Assembly: GCA_031431875.1 (NCBI GenBank)
Contig: JANPEF010000064.1
Location: forward strand, 1 to 22,467
Origin: Candidatus Eiseniibacteriota bacterium
GTDB lineage: Bacteria; Eisenbacteria; RBG-16-71-46; DASYSL01
Length of the DNA: 22,467 nt
Direction: 5' to 3'
The position numbers and the translations under genes were made by a program. Shown here piece after piece: positions 1 through 8,035 of this stretch (its first letter is position 1; the number at the start of each line of letters is the position of its first letter). The notes below the pieces were generated by a model. The model had not been told where the DNA came from, did no database searches, and saw only the letters and a list, made by a program, of their open reading frames with translations.

Positions 1-1683
1 GACATCCCGGCGGGAGCCGAGCGCGTCGTCCGCGACGACGGGGGCCGACCCAACCTCGTCGTCTACCGCCACGGCGCCGGTCGCGTCATCGCCGCGGGGC
101 AGACACTCGAGTACGGCTACACGGCCGGCGAGGCCGCCGGACTCGTGCTGCGGAACCTCATCCCCTGGGCCGCGCGGGGCGGCGCCCTGTGGCTGAGTGC
201 GCAACCGGTCGAGGGCACGGTCCCGGCCGGAGGCAGCGTCCAGCTCACCGTCACGTTCGACGCCAGCGATCTGCTCGGCGGCGACTATCGCGGCGCGATC
301 CGCATCGAGAGCAATGATCCCGATGAGAACCCCGTCGCGATCCCCGCGCACATGCGGGTGTACGGCGTTCCCGACATCGCGGTCGTGCCTTCCGCGATCG
401 ACTTCGGGCCGGTGTTCGTGGGCGCCACGCGCACGGAGACCGTGGTGGTGCGCAACACGGGCAGCGACGTCCTGAACGTTTCCGGGGCGACCGGTTCGCC
501 CGGTGTGTTCGCCGCGGACTCGTCCGCCTTCGCGCTGGCGCCGGACGCGGAGAGAACCCTGATCGTGCGCTTCGCACCCGCGGCGGTGGGTGCGGTCAGC
601 GGCACGCTCACGCTTGCGAGCGATGATCCCGACGAGGCCCTGCTCACGATCGCGCTCGCCGGGGAGGGGCTCGTGCCCCCCGACATCGACGTCGCGCCGA
701 GCTCGCTGAGCGCCGAACTGCCTGCCGGCGGCCAGGCCACGCGCACCCTGACCGTGTTCAACAGCGGCGGCAGCGATCTGACGTTTCATCTCTGGACCGC
801 AGGGGCGATCCCGCCCGACAGCGGTGGCATCGCGCCCATGGCCGTTGCGCTCGGTGCGAGGGGCGACACGTTCGCGCGCAGCGATCACGCGCCCAGGGAC
901 TACCGTCCCACGTCGGCGCGGCTCTCGACGACGCCGGGGGCGCAGGTCCTCCTGATCCAGGACCTCCTGCCGTGGGCGTCGGATGCGAACAGCTATCTCC
1001 TGGCTGCGAACGACATCGCGTTCGATGTCATCGCCGCGGGCCAGCTCGCCACGACGAACCTGGCCGACTACCGCAGTGTCATCGTCGCCGGCGATCAGCC
1101 CAGCACGACCTACCAGACGCTGGCAGCGCGCTCGGCCCAGCTCGAGAGTTTCGTCCTCCAGGGCGGCACCCTCGAGTTCCATGCCGCGGGCGGGGGATAC
1201 AACGGCGGGAATCCCACGATCGTGACCCTGCCTGGCGGCATGCACATCGTGACTTCCTATTCGAGTCGCAATTACCTCCTCCTGCCCGGACACCCGGTCG
1301 TCGCCGGCGTGCCGAGCCCGTTCACCGGGAACATGGCGAGCCATTCCGCGTTCACCAGCATCCCGGCCGGCGCCGAGCTCATCGTCCGCGACGAGCATGG
1401 CAACCCGAACCTGGTCAGTTACCGCCACGGCAGCGGCCGCGTCTTCGCAGCGGGCCAGACGCTCGAGCGCGGCTTCGTCTACGGCGAAGGCGCGGGACTC
1501 ATCCTCCGCAACCTGATCCCGTACATCGCTCACGGCAGCGTGAGCTGGTTGAGCGTGCAACCGCTCGAGGGCACGGTTCCGCCCGGAGGCAGTGCCCTGC
1601 TCACCGTCACGTTCGACGCCGCCGGCCTCGCCAGCGGGGACTACCAGGCGATCATCCAGATCGACAGCGACGATCCGGACGAA
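1..1683 (+). repeat. Intragenic repeat with a period of 1356 nt (452 aa); visible copies 1-327 and 1357-1683
   Basis: IPAGAERVVRDDGGRPNLVVYRHGAGRVIAAGQTLE...LRNLIPW...WLSAQPVEGTVPAGGS...SNDPDE aligns without gaps to IPAGAELIVRDEHGNPNLVSYRHGSGRVFAAGQTLE...LRNLIPY...WLSVQPLEGTVPPGGS...SDDPDE. Confidence 0.9.
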
Positions 1684-2031
1684 TCCGTCGTCCAGGTTCC
1701 GACCTCCCTTGCGGTCCTCGGCGCAAGCGCGGTGAACGTGGCGGCGGGCGTCGCGAAGTTCGAGCTCGCACCCGTGACGCCGACACCGGCGCGCGGCTCG
1801 GCGCTCATCGAATTCGAGCTGACGCGCGCCGGCGACGCGCGGGCTGCGATCTTCGATGTCGCGGGCCGGCGGATCCGGGTGCTCGCGCAAGGACGGCACG
1901 ACGCAGGACGGCATCGGATCGTCTGGAACGGCGAGGATGACGGCGGGGTGAAGCGTGGCGCGGGCGTCTACCTGCTGCGGTTGGAGACGGGGGAGGGTCA
2001 GCGCACCCGCCGCATGGTCTGGGTTCCCTAG
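1..2031 (+). CDS. Large secreted modular protein, 5'-truncated by the window: Ig-like choice-of-anchor D/ASH-type domains, a repeated alpha/beta (GATase-like) module and a C-terminal FlgD-Ig/T9SS-like sorting domain
   Basis: Frame +1 is open from base 1 (DIPAGAERVVRDD...), so the 145 start in the ORF track is not the real start. Ig-like segments: IDFGPVFVG...VRNTGSDVLNV, and S[ND]DPDE three times. The C-terminus IFDVAGRRIRVL...WNGEDDGG...GVYLLRL is typical of FlgD-Ig tails. Stop TAG at 2029-2031. Confidence 0.85.
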   Translation, partial: DIPAGAERVVRDDGGRPNLVVYRHGAGRVIAAGQTLEYGYTAGEAAGLVLRNLIPWAARGGALWLSAQPVEGTVPAGGSVQLTVTFDASDLLGGDYRGAIRIESNDPDENPVAIPAHMRVYGVPDIAVVPSAIDFGPVFVGATRTETVVVRNTGSDVLNVSGATGSPGVFAADSSAFALAPDAERTLIVRFAPAAVGAVSGTLTLASDDPDEALLTIALAGEGLVPPDIDVAPSSLSAELPAGGQATRTLTVFNSGGSDLTFHLWTAGAIPPDSGGIAPMAVALGARGDTFARSDHAPRDYRPTSARLSTTPGAQVLLIQDLLPWASDANSYLLAANDIAFDVIAAGQLATTNLADYRSVIVAGDQPSTTYQTLAARSAQLESFVLQGGTLEFHAAGGGYNGGNPTIVTLPGGMHIVTSYSSRNYLLLPGHPVVAGVPSPFTGNMASHSAFTSIPAGAELIVRDEHGNPNLVSYRHGSGRVFAAGQTLERGFVYGEGAGLILRNLIPYIAHGSVSWLSVQPLEGTVPPGGSALLTVTFDAAGLASGDYQAIIQIDSDDPDESVVQVPTSLAVLGASAVNVAAGVAKFELAPVTPTPARGSALIEFELTRAGDARAAIFDVAGRRIRVLAQGRHDAGRHRIVWNGEDDGGVKRGAGVYLLRLETGEGQRTRRMVWVP

Positions 2032-2032
2032 C

Positions 2033-3949
2033 CTAGTCGCGTAGCACGTCCAGCACGTTCTCGTAGCGCCCGAAGCTCGGCATCAGGTAGACGCCGGCGA
2101 AGCGCCCGCGCGCCGCGTAGAGCAGGTCGCGCGCGTGCTGCACGCCGGCGGCCTGCGCGTCGGCGCCGGCATCGCGCAGGCGATCGCGCAGTTCCGGCGG
2201 CACCGTGATGCCCGGCACCTCGTGGTGCATGAACTCGGCGTGGCGGAACGACTGCAACGGCAGGATGCCGAGCAGCACGGGGATCGGCACCGGCCCGAAG
2301 CGCGCCAGGAACGCGTCCCACACCGCCATGTCGTAGAACGGCTGGGTCATCGCGAAGTCGGCGCCCGCGTCGATCTTCTCGCGGAAGCGCGCCAGCTCGA
2401 GCTCGAGGTCGTCGGCCGTCGGATTGACGGCGCAGGCGATGGCGAAGCGCGTGCGCTCGCCGATCGGATTCCCCGCCAGGTCGGTGCCCGCGTTCAGCTT
2501 CTTGATGATGCGGATCAGGCCCACCGAGTCGACGTCATACACCGCCGTGACGTTCGGATAATCGCCCGTGCTCGGCGGATCCCCCGTCAGCGCGAGGATG
2601 GTCGTGATCCCCATCGCGTGGGCGCCGAGCAGGTCCGCCTGGATGCCCATCAGGTTCCGGTCGCGGCAGGTGAAGTGGAGGATCGCCTCGAACTGCGGGT
2701 AGTGGCGCATGACCAGATAGGTCAGCGCCTGCGCGCTCATGCGCACGCGGGCCATCGGCGAATCGGCGACGTTGATCGCGTCGATGCCGTGCTGCGCCAG
2801 CAGCCCCGCGCCGGTGAGGATCTTCTGCGGGTTGATGCCGCGCGGCGGATCGAGCTCGACCGAGACATAGAAGCCCGTGCGCAGCTTCGCCAGGATCGCG
2901 GGCTCAGCTTCGCCGCCGGAGGCGGCGGGGGTGTCTGCGTCGCCCGGAGGCGTCACCGGCACGGCCGGCAGCGGCTCGACTCGCAGGGCGGTCTCCGGTG
3001 CGCTGGCGCCGGCGGCGCCGAGATCCACCCGCATGCGAGCGACGTGCTCGGGGGTCGTGCCACAGCAGCCCCCGACCACGCTCACGCCCGCCTCGACGAA
3101 GCGTCGCGCATAGGCGCCGAAGTACTCGGGTGTGGCAACGTAGACGTAGCGGCCGGCGACCATCTGCGGCAGGCCGGCGTTCGGCATCGCCGCCAGACGC
3201 GGTCGCGGCGTCCCCGGCGACCGCACCTCGCGCGCGGCGACCATCGCGGTGATCACGTCGAGCGTGGCCTGCGGTCCGACCGAACAGTTGGCGCCCACGA
3301 CCTCCGCCCCGGCGTCGGCCAGCGCGGCATAGCAGTCGGCGGGCAGGTGGCCGACGATCGAGCGCCCGTCCTCGGCGAAGGTCATGAGCGCCATCACCGG
3401 CAGCGTGCACAGGCTCTTGATCGCCCGCACGGCGGCAAGGATCTCGTTCAGGTCACCAAAGGTCTCGAGTGCGAACAGGTCGACGCCGCCCTCGAGCAGG
3501 CCCTCCGCGGCTTCGCGAAACAGGCCCTCGGCCTCGGCGGGACTGACGGACCCGAACGGCGCGAGCGGCCGCCCCAGCGGACCCATCGAGCCGGCCACGA
3601 ACGCCGGCAGTCCGACCACCTCGCGCGCGTCACGGGCGATGCGCGCGCCCTGGCGGGCGATCAGGCGCACCTTGTCCTCGAGCCCGAATGCCGCCAGGCG
3701 CAAGCGGTTCGCACCGAACGTGTTGGTCTCGACGAGGTCCGCCCCGGCCGCGAGGTAGGCGCGATGCACGCCACCGATCACTTTCGGCTGCGACAGGTTC
3801 AGCTCGTCGAAGTTGTGCTCGAACGAGATCCCGCGTGAATAGAGATAGGTGCCCATGGCGCCGTCGGCCAGCAGCGGGCCGCGGGCAAGGCGGTCGAGAA
3901 AGGGCGACGTCAACGGGACCTCGGCGGCGGGAGCAATGGTGGGCTGCAC
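2033..3949 (-). CDS. yitJ: Bifunctional homocysteine S-methyltransferase / 5,10-methylenetetrahydrofolate reductase (YitJ/SamT family)
   Basis: N-terminal domain has LADGAMGT, ETNTFGAN, GANCSVGP, PNAGLP and GGCCGTTP (zinc ligands). C-terminal MTHFR domain has SVELDPP, INVADSP, HFTCRDRN, ALTGDP and AGADFAMTQP. 638 aa, GTG start. Confidence 0.93.
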   Translation of the reverse strand: MQPTIAPAAEVPLTSPFLDRLARGPLLADGAMGTYLYSRGISFEHNFDELNLSQPKVIGGVHRAYLAAGADLVETNTFGANRLRLAAFGLEDKVRLIARQGARIARDAREVVGLPAFVAGSMGPLGRPLAPFGSVSPAEAEGLFREAAEGLLEGGVDLFALETFGDLNEILAAVRAIKSLCTLPVMALMTFAEDGRSIVGHLPADCYAALADAGAEVVGANCSVGPQATLDVITAMVAAREVRSPGTPRPRLAAMPNAGLPQMVAGRYVYVATPEYFGAYARRFVEAGVSVVGGCCGTTPEHVARMRVDLGAAGASAPETALRVEPLPAVPVTPPGDADTPAASGGEAEPAILAKLRTGFYVSVELDPPRGINPQKILTGAGLLAQHGIDAINVADSPMARVRMSAQALTYLVMRHYPQFEAILHFTCRDRNLMGIQADLLGAHAMGITTILALTGDPPSTGDYPNVTAVYDVDSVGLIRIIKKLNAGTDLAGNPIGERTRFAIACAVNPTADDLELELARFREKIDAGADFAMTQPFYDMAVWDAFLARFGPVPIPVLLGILPLQSFRHAEFMHHEVPGITVPPELRDRLRDAGADAQAAGVQHARDLLYAARGRFAGVYLMPSFGRYENVLDVLRD

Positions 3950-3955
3950 CCCGGG

Positions 3956-3984
3956 AATTTCACCTACAACGGACGTGCGGTCAA
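3956..3984 (-). promoter_or_regulatory. Putative sigma70-type promoter for yitJ, probably leaderless
   Basis: The minus strand reads TTGACC-17 nt-GAAATT-6 nt-GTG. There is no Shine-Dalgarno. The -10 departs from consensus at its first position. Confidence 0.5.
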
Positions 3985-3993
3985 GGTCGACCC

Positions 3994-4022
3994 TTGAGCC
4001 GGGGTGGGCCGGGGCCTAGACT
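3994..4022 (+). promoter_or_regulatory. Putative sigma70-type promoter for the S55 peptidase operon, probably leaderless
   Basis: TTGAGC (3994-3999)-17 nt-TAGACT (4017-4022)-6 nt-ATG (4029). There is no Shine-Dalgarno. Confidence 0.7.
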
Positions 4023-4028
4023 GCGCGC

Positions 4029-5948
4029 ATGTCCCCGCTCGCGCGCGCCGCGCGTCCCATTGCATTCGTCCTCGCCGCCGGCCTCCTGGTCGGCGTTTCG
4101 GCCCCGGAGGGCCGGCTCGAGCCTGGCCCGTCGCCCGCCGCTGCGGCATCCATCCCGACGCTGGGGATCGACGCCATCCGGCCCGGGCAGCGCGCCGTGG
4201 GCCGCACGGTGTTTACCGGGAACACGATCGAGGAGTTCGAACTCGAGATCGTCGGCACCCTCCCCGGGGGCCGCGCCGAGGGCGCGATGATCCTCGCCCG
4301 GGCGCTCGGACCGCGGATGGAGCACGACGGTATCGCTGCCGGCATGAGCGGCAGCCCGATCTACGTCGACGGCAAGCTCATCGGCGCGCTGGCCTTCGGC
4401 TGGCCGTTCTCGCGCGACGCCCTGTGCGGCATCCAGCCGATCGCCGACATGCTGGCCGTGATGCAGACGCCCGACCGGGCGCCGGGGGGAAGCTTCGACG
4501 ACGGTCCGATCCTCACCACGCAGGCCGGCCCCGAGTCGGCCATCCCGGTGCGCGCCGGGCTCGAGCGCCTGCGCACGCCGTTGACCGCGGGTGGTTTCCC
4601 GCCCGCCGCGTTCGCGGCCCTCGCCCCGTGGGCCGATGCACACGGCTTCACGCTCGTGCGCGGCGGGGGCGGCGGCACGAGCGGTGCGACCGGCGCGCCC
4701 GCGCGGGTCGCGCCCGAGGCCGCGCGCGCCGCGCTCGCACCGGGGGCCGCGATCGCCGTCGACCTGATGCGTGGCGACATGAACCTGGCGGCGATCGGCA
4801 CGCTGACCCACCGCGACGGCGATCGCATCGTCGCGTTCGGTCACCCGTTCTTCCAGATCGGCGACGTCGCCTACCCACTCGCGCTGGCCGACGTGACGAC
4901 GATCGTCGCCAACGACCAGAGCTCATTCAAGCTCGGCACGCCGGGCGCCCAGGTCGGCGCCATCACGCAGGATCGTCGCGCCGCCGTCGCCGGTTCGATC
5001 GGCCCGATCCCGCGCATGCTGCCGATGACCGTGCTGGTGCGCGACGGCCGCCGGCCCGCCGCCGATGCGCCCGCGGCCTATCGCTTCGACCTCCTGCGTC
5101 ACCGCCTGCTCGTCGCCCAACTGGCGAGCATCGGCGTCGTCGGCGCGCTCGCCGACGCGAGCGGCGGGCTGCCGGAGGCGACGTGGAGGTATCGCGCAAC
5201 CGTGCGCTTCCCGGGCCGCGCGCCGCTGGTGCTCGAGGACACCGCGGGCGGACCGATCAATGCCGCCTCGACCGCGCTGGCCGCGCCACTGCGCCTCCTG
5301 CTCGACAATCCGTTCGCACCGCTCACGGCCGACTCGGTCGGGCTCGACCTGACCGTGTGGCCGGGAATGGCCCAGGGCCACGTCGAGGCGCTGCGCCTCG
5401 CGTCCACCATCGTCCGACCCGGCCAGGGCGTGACCGTCGTCGCCACCGTGCGCGATCGCCGCGGGGGGGAGCGCGAGATCGCGTTCACGCTGCCGGTGCC
5501 GAACGACCAGCCGGACGGCCGGCTCGTCGTCGCCGTCGGCGGCGGCGGCGAACTCGACCGCCAGGAAGCGGCACGCATGCCGGCCCGCCATCGCGCAGCG
5601 ACGCTCGACGCGCTGATCGCGCGGCTGGCCGATCGGCGTCGCGATGATCACCTCTACGCCACGCTCTACGGCCCGGGCCTCGAGCCGGTCGTCGACGGCG
5701 TGCCCTATCCCGACCTGCCGGACTTCGCGCAGCGCATGCTCGCCACCGAGCGCGCCAACCGCCCGACCGATCCATGGGGCAGGCTTTCTCCGCTCGCCGA
5801 GAAGAATCGCGACGTCGCCGTTCCTGTCGTCGGGCTGCTCACGCTTACCGTCGAAGTGCGCCGCCACCCCGACGCGCCCGTGCGCGCCGGCGAACGCGGC
5901 GCGATTCCCGTGCTCCGCGCTCCCGAGCGCGACGAGGAGGACAATTGA
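4029..5948 (+). CDS. SpoIVB-like serine peptidase (family S55 domain) with a signal peptide and long C-terminal extension
   Basis: GIAAGMSGSPIYVDGKLIGAL (Ser motif, 4341-4358) and IGTLT...AFGHPF (His motif, 4794-4850). Hydrophobic N-terminal signal. 639 aa. Confidence 0.88.
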   Translation: MSPLARAARPIAFVLAAGLLVGVSAPEGRLEPGPSPAAAASIPTLGIDAIRPGQRAVGRTVFTGNTIEEFELEIVGTLPGGRAEGAMILARALGPRMEHDGIAAGMSGSPIYVDGKLIGALAFGWPFSRDALCGIQPIADMLAVMQTPDRAPGGSFDDGPILTTQAGPESAIPVRAGLERLRTPLTAGGFPPAAFAALAPWADAHGFTLVRGGGGGTSGATGAPARVAPEAARAALAPGAAIAVDLMRGDMNLAAIGTLTHRDGDRIVAFGHPFFQIGDVAYPLALADVTTIVANDQSSFKLGTPGAQVGAITQDRRAAVAGSIGPIPRMLPMTVLVRDGRRPAADAPAAYRFDLLRHRLLVAQLASIGVVGALADASGGLPEATWRYRATVRFPGRAPLVLEDTAGGPINAASTALAAPLRLLLDNPFAPLTADSVGLDLTVWPGMAQGHVEALRLASTIVRPGQGVTVVATVRDRRGGEREIAFTLPVPNDQPDGRLVVAVGGGGELDRQEAARMPARHRAATLDALIARLADRRRDDHLYATLYGPGLEPVVDGVPYPDLPDFAQRMLATERANRPTDPWGRLSPLAEKNRDVAVPVVGLLTLTVEVRRHPDAPVRAGERGAIPVLRAPERDEEDN

Positions 5949-8035
5949 TCGCCGACTTGCGTCGCGTGCCCGCACGCCGCATCCGTTGTGCCACGCGCGC
6001 CCTGGTCGTCGTCGGTGCCCTCGTGGCGGCGGCGCCCACCGCGCACGCAACCGGCACGCAGTACTGGTCGCTGCGCAGCGCCGCGGACTTCGCGCAGGCG
6101 GAACTGAAGGGGGTCGCCATCGGTCCCGATGGGCAGTTGAGCCCGGGGCCGCGCGTGACCACGATGCCGCTGCCCGGCGAGACCGTGGTCTGGGGCATGC
6201 TCGCGGAAGGGGATGCGACCATCCTCGCCACGACGCCCGGCGGGCGTGTTCTCACCGTGCGCGGCAGCGACGTGCGTGGCGATTCGACCGGCGACGGCGC
6301 GGCGCTGTGCGTCGCGCGCGGCCCCGACGGGGCGCTCTACGCGGGCACCGGCCCCAACGGGCGCGTGGTGCGCCTCGATCGCGGCGGGCGAAGGACGTGG
6401 TTCGAGACGGGGCAGAAGTACGTGTGGAGCCTGGCCTGGGCGGGTCGCACGCTCTACGCCGCAACCGGACCGTTGGGCCGCGTCTATGCGATCGATGGCG
6501 AGGGCAAGGGCAGGGTCGTGTTCGACGCCAAGGTGGCACAGCTCACCGCGCTCCTCGCCGACGGCAAGGGCGGTGTCTTCGTCGGCGCCTCGGGGCGCGG
6601 CATGGTCTATCACGTCGACGGCGGCGGGAAGACGCGCGCGCTGTTCGAGGCTCCGGAGAAGGAGATCCGCGCGCTGGCCTGGGACGGGCGGGCGCTCTAT
6701 GTCGCCGCCCTCTCCGGCGCGCCGGTCACCTTCGGCGCCAACGACACGCCCGAGCCGGGCGATGGCACCGGCCAGCGCGCCATCGTCTATCGCGTCGTGC
6801 CCGACTCGTCGTCGGGCGTGCACTGGGTCGCACCGCAGGGACTCGTCTTCGCGCTGGCGCAGGACGGCGAGGGGCTGTGGGCCGCGACCGGCAGTCGCGC
6901 CGCGCTCTATCGCATCGACGCGCGCGGCCGCGGCACCACTCTGTGGAACGAGCCCGGCGGGCAGGCGACCGCGCTGGCCCGCGCCGGCAGCGCCTATCGC
7001 GTCGCCACCTCGAGCCCGCCGCGCCTGCTCACGGTGACGCCCGGTGACGGCGGCGGCACCATCGCCTCGCCGATCCACGACGCGAAGAAGATCGCGCACT
7101 GGGGACGCCTGTGGTTCGACGGGACCGGTTCGCCGCGGCTGCGCACGCGGAGCGGCAACACCTCCGAGCCGGACACGACATGGTCGGCGTGGCAGGGACT
7201 CGGCGGCGACGGGGCCGTCGCCTCGCCCGCTGCGCGCTACCTGCAATGGGAATCCGCCCTCGACGGCGCGGATCGCATGCGCGCGGTCACCGTGGCGTGG
7301 GGCGAGGAGAACCAGCGCCCGCGCATCGACGACTTCGTCGTCTACCCCGTACCCGGCAAGTTCTACGAAGGCGAGTTGAACCTGCGGCGCGACCCGGTGA
7401 CGCAGGAGCTGCCCGACGGGCGCAAGGTGCAGTTCAACGCCGACGTGCCGCGGCGCGGTGCGTCCGAGTCGCTGCCGCCGTGGGCGCAGGGCCTGCGGCC
7501 CATGTCGTGGAAGGCCAGCGATCCCAACGGCGACACGATCACCTATCGCCTCGCCGCGCGCGAACGCGGCACGACGGCATGGACGCCGATCGCAGTCGGT
7601 CTGTCGAACTCGCTGTACACGTGGGACACCACGGGCTTTCCCGACGGAACGTACGAGGTGCGCCTCACCGCGAGCGATGAGGACGAGAACGCCCGAGGCC
7701 GTGGCCTGGACGACGAACTCATCGCCGCCTCCGTCGAACTCGATCGCACGCCGCCCGAGGTCGTCTCCGCCGAGGCACGTGTCACCGGCGACGTGATTAC
7801 GGTCACTGGCCGGGCGCGCGATGCGCGCGGTTTCATCACCCGGGCCGATGCCGCGCTCGACGACGGCGGCTGGTTCGTCGCCGCGCCCGACGACGGCCTG
7901 TGGGATGGACCCGAGGAGGCGTTCACGCTCCGCCTCGAGGGCGTGCCGCCGGGCGAGCACCTGGTGCGCGTGCGCTTCGTCGACGGACTCGGCAATCCGG
8001 TGCTGGTCACCCGGGCCGCGCGCGTCGGGCGGTGA
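5945..8035 (+). CDS. Secreted beta-propeller protein with C-terminal FN3/Ig-like domains; function unknown
   Basis: Probable TTG start at 5945 after GAGGAGG, overlapping the upstream stop (TTGA). Signal peptide ends ...AHA. Blade-like repeats: DGALYAGTGPNGRVVRL, TLYAATGPLGRVYAI, GVFVGASGRGMVYHV, GLWAATGSRAALYRI. Followed by SWKASDPNGD...WDTTGFPDGTYEVRLTASD and a final Ig-like unit. About 696 aa. Confidence 0.8.
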   Translation: MIADLRRVPARRIRCATRALVVVGALVAAAPTAHATGTQYWSLRSAADFAQAELKGVAIGPDGQLSPGPRVTTMPLPGETVVWGMLAEGDATILATTPGGRVLTVRGSDVRGDSTGDGAALCVARGPDGALYAGTGPNGRVVRLDRGGRRTWFETGQKYVWSLAWAGRTLYAATGPLGRVYAIDGEGKGRVVFDAKVAQLTALLADGKGGVFVGASGRGMVYHVDGGGKTRALFEAPEKEIRALAWDGRALYVAALSGAPVTFGANDTPEPGDGTGQRAIVYRVVPDSSSGVHWVAPQGLVFALAQDGEGLWAATGSRAALYRIDARGRGTTLWNEPGGQATALARAGSAYRVATSSPPRLLTVTPGDGGGTIASPIHDAKKIAHWGRLWFDGTGSPRLRTRSGNTSEPDTTWSAWQGLGGDGAVASPAARYLQWESALDGADRMRAVTVAWGEENQRPRIDDFVVYPVPGKFYEGELNLRRDPVTQELPDGRKVQFNADVPRRGASESLPPWAQGLRPMSWKASDPNGDTITYRLAARERGTTAWTPIAVGLSNSLYTWDTTGFPDGTYEVRLTASDEDENARGRGLDDELIAASVELDRTPPEVVSAEARVTGDVITVTGRARDARGFITRADAALDDGGWFVAAPDDGLWDGPEEAFTLRLEGVPPGEHLVRVRFVDGLGNPVLVTRAARVGR

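Noticed and set aside
3950..4028. SAM or cobalamin riboswitch upstream of yitJ
   Set aside because: The intergenic region is only 79 bp, is filled by two promoters, and shows no aptamer motifs.
4029..5948. Evidence of sporulation from the SpoIVB-like gene
   Set aside because: The architecture differs from true SpoIVB, there are no sporulation genes nearby, and neighbouring genes point to a diderm envelope.
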